Virus record (IMG/VR): IMGVR_UViG_3300025389_000029
Coordinates: 1-48,589 of that record
DNA from: a virus
Lineage: Duplodnaviria > Caudoviricetes
DNA length: 48,589 bases
Reading direction: 5' to 3' (one strand)
Below, in pieces: positions 17,104 to 24,497 of the stretch. A program made the position numbers and the translations under genes. The notes under the pieces are model-generated. The model worked only from the letters and a program-made list of their open reading frames with translations. It made no database searches and was not told the DNA's origin. Position 1 is the stretch's first letter. Each line of letters starts with the position of its first letter.

Positions 17104-17296
17104 TACATATATTTATATTTTTTTAGTCACACTTTTTTTGTGTCTGTTATGCGTATGCGTGTTTCATTGCAAGGAGGACCCCGAAGAAAACGTGTTTAGG
17201 CGTAAAGACCTGGAATGTGACACTTGCGGTCAGATCAGCAATCTTACTAACGGTCTATGCGACTATTGCTCACGTTTTTATAAGGCTCACAAATGA
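17093..17296 (+). CDS. Small membrane-anchored zinc-finger-like protein
   Basis: N-terminal hydrophobic helix; CDTC...CDYC. Confidence 0.6.
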   Translation: MDFDTYIYIFLVTLFLCLLCVCVFHCKEDPEENVFRRKDLECDTCGQISNLTNGLCDYCSRFYKAHK

Positions 17297-17433
17297 ATAC
17301 TACTAATCCCAGTCTTTTAGACAAAACCTTTGTTTACATACCCTCCAATCGCACAAATGTTGCAGAAACATGGAAAAAATATGGGTATACGCCCCCAAGT
17401 GAACAAAAAGTAGTTGAAGAAGAAAAGAAATAA
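17293..17433 (+). CDS. 46-aa hypothetical protein (MNTTNPSLLDKTFVY...TNVAETWKKYG)
   Basis: Translated by hand; ATGA overlap with the upstream gene. Confidence 0.6.
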   Translation: MNTTNPSLLDKTFVYIPSNRTNVAETWKKYGYTPPSEQKVVEEEKK

Positions 17434-17442
17434 GAGTATTGT
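17414..17442 (+). promoter_or_regulatory. Sigma70-like promoter upstream of structured RNA
   Basis: TTGAAG, 17 nt, TATTGT. Confidence 0.55.
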
Positions 17443-17447
17443 TTGGG

Positions 17448-17581
17448 TTCTGGCGTGGAAACCGGAATAGGTTCAGGAATGTGTTTTAAAGATGCCCTTG
17501 ATGGGTGTTCTGTATGCTTACAAAGTGATCCTGAACCACTCTGTAAGTATTCCACAACAGAATACCTTTCAAGGGTTTTTT
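17448..17581 (+). ncRNA. C4-like antisense RNA with upstream a1/b1-type target sites
   Basis: 19-bp outer stem (17495-17513 with 17557-17575), inner stem with loop overlapping TCCTGAACC, bulge TTCCAC and a T6 tail. The complements GGTTCAGGA (17470-17478) and GTGGAA (17455-17460) lie just upstream. Confidence 0.65.
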
Positions 17582-17805
17582 GCGTTTGAAAGAAACAATC
17601 GGGGGCATAACCCACCCCTCGTTATGTAGATGCGACAGAAACGGATAAACGTAGAGAATGGGGCAAGAGGTCTAAACAGCCTGTGAAAAACCCAAGTCAG
17701 CAGCCAGGACTATCTTAGATAAACGAGAGCATCACCCTGTTTTTTAGGGAAAACCGTATATATGCGGGTGAGGTTTAATATTGTCTTAAGAACCGAGGCT
17801 CAGGC

Positions 17806-17988
17806 GTGTGGAACAAAAGTAAACCTTTTAGAAATAAATTTTTAAAAGAAAAGATAGTCACTGGAAAACTTTTCACCAGTGTCTGCCATTGCAAGACCGC
17901 ACCTTGGTTAGAATGTCCACATTCTTTCAAAGATGTTGAGTATGAGAAAGATATAGAAGAATATGTTTTATTTTTACCAAACATATAA
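17806..17988 (+). CDS. Possible small Cys/His protein
   Basis: 60 aa with CHC...W.ECPH; GTG start is uncertain. Confidence 0.4.
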   Translation: MWNKSKPFRNKFLKEKIVTGKLFTSVCHCKTAPWLECPHSFKDVEYEKDIEEYVLFLPNI

Positions 17989-17994
17989 ATATTA

Positions 17995-18023
17995 TTTGCA
18001 ATACTTATTATTATCTGTACAAT
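17995..18023 (+). promoter_or_regulatory. Sigma70-like promoter for recombination operon
   Basis: TTGCAA (17996-18001), 16 nt, TACAAT (18018-18023). Confidence 0.55.
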
Positions 18024-18065
18024 ACGAAGTGTAGTATCCTTTTTCCTAACAACAGGGGTAGCAAA

Positions 18066-18305
18066 ATGAACGACATAAAGTTCTGCAAAGACTGCAAACA
18101 TTTAGACAAAAAGTATCAAAACGCTGATTACGTCAACTTTGTTTACTGTATGCGTCCAGACGGGTTAAATCTCGTTTCTGGTGAGATCAAAGCAAGAGGC
18201 ATAGTTGCAGCAACAGAGCGCACATTGGACGCAACAGGCTGCGGTAAACACGCTCAATTTTTTGAGCCTATCCGCAACACTTCCAACATTCAATCGGAGT
18301 TTTAA
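18066..18305 (+). CDS. Small Cys-rich hypothetical protein
   Basis: FCKDCKH...C.RP...CG..A.FFEP; AGGGGT RBS. Confidence 0.7.
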   Translation: MNDIKFCKDCKHLDKKYQNADYVNFVYCMRPDGLNLVSGEIKARGIVAATERTLDATGCGKHAQFFEPIRNTSNIQSEF

Positions 18306-19205
18306 ATGAACCAGCAAGACGATTTTGCACCAGAGGTACGGAATTCTGCTTGGTGGAGTGGAGACACTCGCCTGGCAGCCAATGGTAAAGCTGTAGAAGC
18401 AATTCTGACCAAACAAGGGAAGATCACGCCACCTGACATATCTGACGTTGAAGCGGTCCAGATGGGTCATGTGATGCAACCTGTTATCGGAAGATTGTTT
18501 CAGACTAAACACCAAATGGAGTTGAAAGATGCGGATTACGCGCTTACGCACGCTAAGGAAAGCTGGTTACGTTCACACTTCGATTTCATTTCCGCAGATG
18601 GAAAAACGCTTGTCGAAGCCAAAAATTACAATGCAGCATATCGTAACAAGTTCGATCAAGAGCAAAACCGTGTCCCCGCGTCAGATTATGCACAGTGTCT
18701 ACATGAGGCTACTGTACATAACGTCACAGAAGTGTATCTTGCGGTTCTGTTTGGTGGACAAGAATTTCAAACCTTTCATTTCCGGTTTTCTGACCAAGAG
18801 AAAGAAGAATTCGTCAAAAAGAGTGCCGCGTTTTGGGGATATGTTCAGTCGAACACGACTCCTGCACCAGAAACGGTTGAGCAGACTAAATTAGTCTATG
18901 AAACAAGCAATTCTGACGTAATTACGGCAAATTCGCAGTTAGAGCAAGCTATAGCCGCTCTCAAACAGCGTAAAGAACAGATTAAGCAGTACGAGTTGGA
19001 TACAGAGCAGTTAGAAGTGTTTATACGCAATGCAATGGGCAATAGTGCTGAAATACGCTCTGTAGATGGTTCTACGCTTGCAACGTGGAAAAGCAGTAAA
19101 GCATCAGCACGTTTCGATGCAAAATTGTTTGAAAAAAGTATGCCGGACCTGTACAAGAAGTTTGTCGTTGAACAACAAGGCTCACGCCGCTTCCTAATTA
19201 AATGA
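18306..19205 (+). CDS. YqaJ-like viral recombination exonuclease
   Basis: EAVQMGH..QP.I, WLRSHFDF...LVEAKN (PD-D/ExK), Y.QC.H...V....YLAVLFGG, C-terminal coiled coil ending SRRFLIK. Confidence 0.85.
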   Translation: MNQQDDFAPEVRNSAWWSGDTRLAANGKAVEAILTKQGKITPPDISDVEAVQMGHVMQPVIGRLFQTKHQMELKDADYALTHAKESWLRSHFDFISADGKTLVEAKNYNAAYRNKFDQEQNRVPASDYAQCLHEATVHNVTEVYLAVLFGGQEFQTFHFRFSDQEKEEFVKKSAAFWGYVQSNTTPAPETVEQTKLVYETSNSDVITANSQLEQAIAALKQRKEQIKQYELDTEQLEVFIRNAMGNSAEIRSVDGSTLATWKSSKASARFDAKLFEKSMPDLYKKFVVEQQGSRRFLIK

Positions 19206-19215
19206 GGGGTTAATT

Positions 19216-20106
19216 ATGAGCAACATTATTCCGTTTCAAGAAATGAAAGGCATGGCTGAAGCTATTGCACAGTCTGGCTTATTCGGTATGAAAGATACTA
19301 ACAGCGTATTGGCACTGATGGCAGTGGCTCAAGCTGAAGGTTTGCATCCCGCTACAGCCGCAAGAGATTTTCACATTATTCAAGGTAGACCAGCACTTAA
19401 AGCAGATGCAATGCTTGCAAGGTTTCAGCAATCCGGTGGAAAAGTTCAATGGAGTAAGTACACAGATGAAACAGTTACAGGAGTCTTTACTCACCCTAAC
19501 GGGGGAGAGTTGGCAGTTACATGGACTATTGACCAAGCTAGAAATATTGGTCTCGTTAAACCTGGTTCTGGGTGGCAAAAGTTCCCTAGAGCAATGCTCA
19601 GAAGCCGTTGCATTAGTGAAGGAATTAGATCAGTTTATCCAGGAAGCGTCACGGGTTTCTACAGCCCTGAGGAAGTCTCTGATTTTGACGATAAGCCAAA
19701 GCAACGGGACATGGGGAAAGTAGAGATTGTTCCTGTTCCTGAAATAGCACCTGTAACGCAAATAACGGACGATGGTGAGGTTTTAGACGCTCCCGTGATT
19801 GCAGATATAGCCGACATTGAAAGCGACTCCTTGTATCCGCTTTATTTGCCAGATGGTACGATTTATTCAAGCCATGACACTAAAGATCAATGGTGCGTTG
19901 CTTACGTCAATATGACTACTAAAATCTTTAATTCTGAAAAACTTGATGCTGGCACTAAACAGCACAAGATCACAGCGTTCAGAACAGCGAATGAAAAGGT
20001 TCGCACAAGTTTAAGCAAGACCGATCAATTAGCATTAACTCAGATGGTTGCACAGCATAGAACTGCTGCAATTACTGTTCACGATTTAAAGAAATACGGA
20101 GAATAA
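19216..20106 (+). CDS. RecT/Bet-like single-strand annealing protein
   Basis: MA..IA.SGLF, HIIQGRP.L.AD.M, WTI..A...GL....W.K.P.AML..R...EG.R; adjacent to the YqaJ-like gene. Confidence 0.7.
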   Translation: MSNIIPFQEMKGMAEAIAQSGLFGMKDTNSVLALMAVAQAEGLHPATAARDFHIIQGRPALKADAMLARFQQSGGKVQWSKYTDETVTGVFTHPNGGELAVTWTIDQARNIGLVKPGSGWQKFPRAMLRSRCISEGIRSVYPGSVTGFYSPEEVSDFDDKPKQRDMGKVEIVPVPEIAPVTQITDDGEVLDAPVIADIADIESDSLYPLYLPDGTIYSSHDTKDQWCVAYVNMTTKIFNSEKLDAGTKQHKITAFRTANEKVRTSLSKTDQLALTQMVAQHRTAAITVHDLKKYGE

Positions 20107-20108
20107 GC

Positions 20109-20396
20109 ATGGCTTACGAAAACGACTTTAAAGTACCCGATGGCAAAGCATACTGTTTCGCAGTAAAAGAGCGTAAAAGCGAGTTTTCACCGCAATTCAA
20201 AGGCAGGATGATTCTGACAAAAGACTACAAAGCAGGAGATGAGATCAAACTTGCCGTGTGGTCACAAATGACTAAAACCGGAAATCCTTGGATCAAGATT
20301 GCTGAAGAAAACTGGGTTCCTAGCGGTACTTATGTGAATAAACAGCAATATCCAAAAGAAGTGAGCAACATTGATGACTCAGACTTGCCCTTCTGA
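20109..20396 (+). CDS. Putative ssDNA-binding protein
   Basis: K....P.FKG...I.LAVW core and the acidic tail DDSDLPF typical of SSB C-termini. Confidence 0.6.
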   Translation: MAYENDFKVPDGKAYCFAVKERKSEFSPQFKGRMILTKDYKAGDEIKLAVWSQMTKTGNPWIKIAEENWVPSGTYVNKQQYPKEVSNIDDSDLPF

Positions 20397-20434
20397 TCTG
20401 GAAAACCGATTTTTCTGGATGCGGGGAAGCGAAT

Positions 20435-20809
20435 ATGAAACACATACTACATTTACCATACCCTCCGAGTATCAATAACTACTGGATTGCTAGTGGAAAT
20501 AGACGCTTTGTGTCTAAACGTGGCAGAGACTTTAAGTTAGCGGTACAGGAATATGTTGCATCGCACCAAATGGAATCCTTTGGGGGTGGGATGGTGAATG
20601 TAGATATAGTTATTCGCCCCCGTGATGCAAGACTGATGGACATTGATAACTGTATCAAGCCAGTATTAGATGCTCTGCAAGACGCAGGAATGTTTGACAA
20701 TGACAAGCAAGTAAGCAGCGTGTCGTGTCATAGAGGTCTGGTTATGAAAGGTGGTGGCGGTTGCATCGTAGTCATCACTGAAGCAAAGGATGTACCCCCC
20801 GAATCGTAG
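20435..20809 (+). CDS. rusA: RusA-like Holliday junction resolvase
   Basis: LPYPPSINNYW and P.D.R..DIDN..K..LDAL..AG...NDKQV. Confidence 0.9.
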   Translation: MKHILHLPYPPSINNYWIASGNRRFVSKRGRDFKLAVQEYVASHQMESFGGGMVNVDIVIRPRDARLMDIDNCIKPVLDALQDAGMFDNDKQVSSVSCHRGLVMKGGGGCIVVITEAKDVPPES

Positions 20810-20826
20810 CGGTATTAGGAGCCATC

Positions 20827-20934
20827 CCCGGCATGGTATCTACGGTAGCCGGGACCAAGACGCATGAGGATTGTTCCATCGATAAGATGTTTGCAAACGC
20901 TGTTCATCAGTGACAATCCCCAGCCGTGTTGGTC
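20827..20934 (+). ncRNA. Structured intergenic RNA candidate
   Basis: CCCGGC/GCCGGG stem, then a long interrupted stem (GACCAA..GGATTGT / ACAATCC..TTGGTC) closing small hairpins. Confidence 0.4.
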
Positions 20935-20954
20935 AACTAACTTTAGGGGTAACA

Positions 20955-21716
20955 ATGAAAACTGAGATTAAGCCAGGACTGAAAGTATTTATCGCAACAC
21001 CTATGTATGGTGGGATGTGTGCAGGAAGCTACACGCAAGGGGTATTGAACCTCGGCAACGTGCTTAGGGATCATGGCGTTGATTCTGTCATGTCTTTTAT
21101 GTTCAATGAATCATTGATTACTCGCGCTCGTAACGCACTCACACAAGCGTTTCTGAAGTCTGATGCTACGCACCTGATGTTTATTGATGCTGACATTAAC
21201 TTCAATCCTTATGATGTGCTGACCATGCTTGCACAAGACCTCGATGTGATAGGAGGAATCTATCCAAAGAAGGAAATCAATTGGCAAACTGTTAGAAAAG
21301 CTATTGAGGCAGGTGTAGAGGACAAAGACCTCAAATATCACACAGGCAGTTTTGTAGTGAACCTTGTTGATTATGCGCCAACAATTACTGTCCCAGTAGA
21401 TGAGCCAGTAGAGATTCAGAACGCTGGTACAGGGTTTTTGCTCATCAAACGTGAAGTATTTGATGCGTTAAAGCCACACGTTCCATCATATTCTAATGAT
21501 GTTGCAGATTTAGGCAATACAATCGGTGAGCGTGAAGTGATACATGAGTATTTTGCAACAAGCATTGAGGAAGAAACTAATCGCTTGCTGTCAGAGGACT
21601 ATCACTTCTGTGCAATCTATCGCACGATCGGGGGGCGCATTTACGCAGCACCTTGGGTTGTTTTGTCTCATATCGGGACGTATTCATTTGACGGAAGGTT
21701 AGTTCCTGCACCATGA
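20955..21716 (+). CDS. GT-A fold glycosyltransferase-like protein
   Basis: VFIATPMYGG, NESLITRARN, HLMFIDADI (DxD), GTGFLLI.R.VF, LSEDY.FC; AGGGGT RBS before ATG 20955. Confidence 0.75.
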   Translation: MKTEIKPGLKVFIATPMYGGMCAGSYTQGVLNLGNVLRDHGVDSVMSFMFNESLITRARNALTQAFLKSDATHLMFIDADINFNPYDVLTMLAQDLDVIGGIYPKKEINWQTVRKAIEAGVEDKDLKYHTGSFVVNLVDYAPTITVPVDEPVEIQNAGTGFLLIKREVFDALKPHVPSYSNDVADLGNTIGEREVIHEYFATSIEEETNRLLSEDYHFCAIYRTIGGRIYAAPWVVLSHIGTYSFDGRLVPAP

Positions 21717-21844
21717 ACGAAGAAACAAGGCAACTATTGTGGGAGGCAAGAGAAGTTATCGCCGATCTTTGCGATGACAATGGATTGCCTTATCCGATGG
21801 ATATTATTAACAAGATTAGTATCGCGCTAGACGAATATTTATGA
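21713..21844 (+). CDS. 43-aa hypothetical protein (MNEETRQLLWEA...)
   Basis: Translated by hand; ATGA overlaps at both ends. Confidence 0.6.
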   Translation: MNEETRQLLWEAREVIADLCDDNGLPYPMDIINKISIALDEYL

Positions 21845-22410
21845 AATTCTCACAAGACTGGTTCTCCCACAATATCCCGAACTTTGAGTTCATCAAGACG
21901 ATATTGCCTGAAAGAAATAACATCCTAGAGATTGGATGCTTTGAAGGCAGAGCATCGTGCTGGATGCTTGAAAACTTTATCGGGGATCACGGAGAACTGG
22001 TCTGTATAGATACTTTTAAAGGTTCAGCAGAACACGCGGGGATGGAATTAGGCGATCTGTACTCTGTTTGGAAAGAAAACACCAACTGGGTTAAGAAAAC
22101 GACTCAAGAAACCATTGCGTATCACGGCACTTCTTACGAAATGCTTGCAAGCCTCATTTATGCTCAAGATAAGTTTGATTTCATTTATATTGATGGCAGC
22201 CACACTGCACCAGACGTATTAACAGATGCGTGTATGGCTTTTGGACTGCTTAGATCAGGCGGTGTCATGCTGTTTGACGATTATCTGTGGAAAGATATGC
22301 CAGGATTAAAGAATCGTCCCAAAATCGCTATAGATGCGTTTACAGCGATCTTTGCAGACAAGGCTAGTATCGTGATGATTGGATACCAGCTTGGCATCAT
22401 TAAACACTAA
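21841..22410 (+). CDS. Class I SAM-dependent methyltransferase
   Basis: ILEIGCFEGRAS, CIDTF, FDFIYIDGSH, LL..GG.M.FDDY.W. Confidence 0.85.
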   Translation: MKFSQDWFSHNIPNFEFIKTILPERNNILEIGCFEGRASCWMLENFIGDHGELVCIDTFKGSAEHAGMELGDLYSVWKENTNWVKKTTQETIAYHGTSYEMLASLIYAQDKFDFIYIDGSHTAPDVLTDACMAFGLLRSGGVMLFDDYLWKDMPGLKNRPKIAIDAFTAIFADKASIVMIGYQLGIIKH

Positions 22411-22939
22411 GCATATTGTCCGCTTCAATGCGGGCAGTGGCTATTCTGTTTAGCCAACCCTTTCCGTACACATCAAAGTTGCTCAAAGAACGATAGTGCT
22501 TTTCTTTGGCAAGACTGAACTTATCAATTAAGTCATCAGCATCGTGCGTAACAGTTGCGGCAAAAGTTAATGGTCCCATTCGACCGTCAACGTGTGCGCC
22601 CACAGCTTCTTGCAAGAGCATGACGCATTTGCTCACCCCTGCGTTCACCGCAAAGTCGAATAATAAATAGTCGATACCTGCGGGCATCTTATCGCACCAG
22701 AGTCGATCCCAAAACAAGCGTCTATACAAAGGTTCAACGTCAGCGTGGGTCAAAGAGCGCATTTCCTGAATGTTTGACTTGCGCTCAACATACATTTCCC
22801 ATGTTGCCATCGTCACACCAAGGTTGGTGTATCCAGGTCTACCATCAGGCATCCAGTTACCTTTGTCTTTTGGATCGTCAGAGAATCCACCTTCAGATTT
22901 CATCACCAGATCAAAAGACTTGTGCCAATTCTCAATCAT
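22400..22939 (-). CDS. Endolysin, glycoside hydrolase family 108 with C-terminal peptidoglycan-binding domain
   Basis: EGGFSD.P.D, TN.GVT, LFDFAVN.G, DG.MGP.T, YGKGWLNR. Confidence 0.9.
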   Translation of the reverse strand: MIENWHKSFDLVMKSEGGFSDDPKDKGNWMPDGRPGYTNLGVTMATWEMYVERKSNIQEMRSLTHADVEPLYRRLFWDRLWCDKMPAGIDYLLFDFAVNAGVSKCVMLLQEAVGAHVDGRMGPLTFAATVTHDADDLIDKFSLAKEKHYRSLSNFDVYGKGWLNRIATARIEADNMLSV

Positions 22940-23343
22940 TTGCTTGCGACACCGTTGTACTTGTCCAAACTACGCAATCCACCCATACCAAGCAACCCGA
23001 TCAGAACTTGCATCGTAAGCGTAGTGTCAATTGGAGGAAATGCACCCGTGTATCCAAGCATCGTTGCAGTAAAACGAGCAATAGGCTCAAAAATAGCAAC
23101 ATAAGCTAGACCACATCCGCACACCCAGCCTACAAACGGTCTCCAACCAGCCACAAACACAGAACTAGAAGCAGCTTCAATCTTATTGGTGTCAGTCTGT
23201 GCAGTCATAACGGCTAGATCACCGTTCTGTTGCATCTCCAATAGTTTTAATTTCGCTTCTGCCGCTTGCGCGGGATCAGGAAACAATCTCTGAATGATTG
23301 TGTTGCCAATCTCTAATGCTGCGCTGATTGGATCAAATGCCAT
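22936..23343 (-). CDS. Holin (GTA 3TM holin-like)
   Basis: I.RLFPDP...EA.S...FVAGWRPFVGWVC...LLGMGGLRS.DK..GV; adjacent to the lysin. Confidence 0.8.
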   Translation of the reverse strand: MAFDPISAALEIGNTIIQRLFPDPAQAAEAKLKLLEMQQNGDLAVMTAQTDTNKIEAASSSVFVAGWRPFVGWVCGCGLAYVAIFEPIARFTATMLGYTGAFPPIDTTLTMQVLIGLLGMGGLRSLDKYNGVASK

Positions 23344-23495
23344 TACAGTGCCTTGAAGAATTCTTTAATACGATCCCAAGCCTCAACCGCCAAGTGCTCA
23401 ACCTCGGCAGGCAGGTTTGCCAAGCTCTGTTCAAGCCGTGCAACTTCTGCCCGTGCTGCATCCAAATCAGACTGCAATTTCTCTTTAATCGTCAT
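23343..23495 (-). CDS. 50-aa coiled-coil protein (MTIKEKLQSDLDAARAEV...)
   Basis: Translated by hand; coupled to both neighbours (ATGA, TAATG). Confidence 0.65.
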   Translation of the reverse strand: MTIKEKLQSDLDAARAEVARLEQSLANLPAEVEHLAVEAWDRIKEFFKAL

Positions 23496-23845
23496 AGACC
23501 TTCTCCTGGAGTAAAATAACATTCAGACGCGCCTTCACCAATAAATGCAATATACAAATTTTGATTCTGACTAATCTGTTGTGGAATGGTAAACACTTTA
23601 ATAGTACCCGGCACACTGACCAAACAGTAAGACGGTGCGCCAGCAGCGGGTACTGAAACCGCGACATTTGACAATGTGCTTACATAGAAATATACAGGCT
23701 GACCACCAACACCAGTAGGTTGATGGTTAGCCACGCATAGCTGATTGCACGGACTGTCAGAGTTAATCGTAATAGTCTGGCTTACGGTCGTGACGTTTGC
23801 TTTATACGTCTTACCCATTGCCTGAAACGCAATGTTGTTAGCCAT
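23492..23845 (-). CDS. Putative virion protein, paralogue of 32484-32816
   Basis: 117 aa beta-rich, ends YFTPGEGL. Confidence 0.65.
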   Translation of the reverse strand: MANNIAFQAMGKTYKANVTTVSQTITINSDSPCNQLCVANHQPTGVGGQPVYFYVSTLSNVAVSVPAAGAPSYCLVSVPGTIKVFTIPQQISQNQNLYIAFIGEGASECYFTPGEGL

Positions 23846-24061
23846 TTAGCAAATCCTTTTGCCACCGGCATTACCGGGTTTGGTTGTGGACGAATCTTTG
23901 GTGTTGGAATTGCCATCAAAGTTCCACACGGACGTATAACCACCACGCTGAACTTGACCGTTCAAGTGATAGTTTTTACCACCCGCACTACCGTCACGGG
24001 GCAACTGTGGACGAACTGATTTAGCAATTTGCTGATTTACATTACTCGGACGCTTTGGCAT
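23846..24061 (-). CDS. Small basic hypothetical protein
   Basis: 71 aa, in operon. Confidence 0.6.
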   Translation of the reverse strand: MPKRPSNVNQQIAKSVRPQLPRDGSAGGKNYHLNGQVQRGGYTSVWNFDGNSNTKDSSTTKPGNAGGKRIC

Positions 24062-24254
24062 TTTGACTTCCTTCTTTAATGTTTATACAAAGATAACTAA
24101 AAATTGAGAAAAACGCCATCACTACTAGACGTTCCCACGCTGGTTCATAGCAAACCCAACAAGCAAGACCAAAAGATAAGCCAAGAGCCAAAATAATTAA
24201 CAAACGCTGACAAACCACATCAAGCGCAACACGAACTAAAGTTATTGCATCCAT
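24042..24254 (-). CDS. Small two-TM membrane protein
   Basis: Two hydrophobic stretches; GGGGA RBS. Confidence 0.65.
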   Translation of the reverse strand: MDAITLVRVALDVVCQRLLIILALGLSFGLACWVCYEPAWERLVVMAFFSIFSYLCINIKEGSQNAKASE

Positions 24255-24287
24255 TACTATCCCCGTTTAGTTAAACCAAAGCACAGT

Positions 24288-24497
24288 TTAACCCTCGTCA
24301 TCATCGTTTGCAATAAATCCGCTTCCCCATTCATCGTCCGAAATTTTCTGCTTCAACTTTTCAATGTTAATTGCACGATCCATGACGCGACACTTATCCA
24401 CAAGCGTAGCAGTCGGGTCTGACATTACATCAGACAGCATCTTGGCAATCGCGTTCTCAAGTTCAGGATTAACTCCTTTTGCTTTCTTGCTCATCAA
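24288..24497 (-). CDS. Hypothetical protein
   Basis: 69 aa, basic N-terminus and acidic C-terminus. Confidence 0.65.
   Translation of the reverse strand: MMSKKAKGVNPELENAIAKMLSDVMSDPTATLVDKCRVMDRAINIEKLKQKISDDEWGSGFIANDDDEG

Noticed and set aside
17334-17615. 93-aa minus-strand ORF
   Set aside because: Antisense to the operon, no RBS seen, and it overlaps a region better explained as structured RNA.
20853-20934. tRNA gene
   Set aside because: Branched fold, but no GTTCRA T-loop, D-loop GG or 7-bp acceptor geometry. No tRNA was recognised anywhere in the window.
21841-22410. DNA methyltransferase or restriction-modification component
   Set aside because: Lacks DPPY/NPPY or PC catalytic motifs; the motifs fit small-molecule or glycan methyltransferases.
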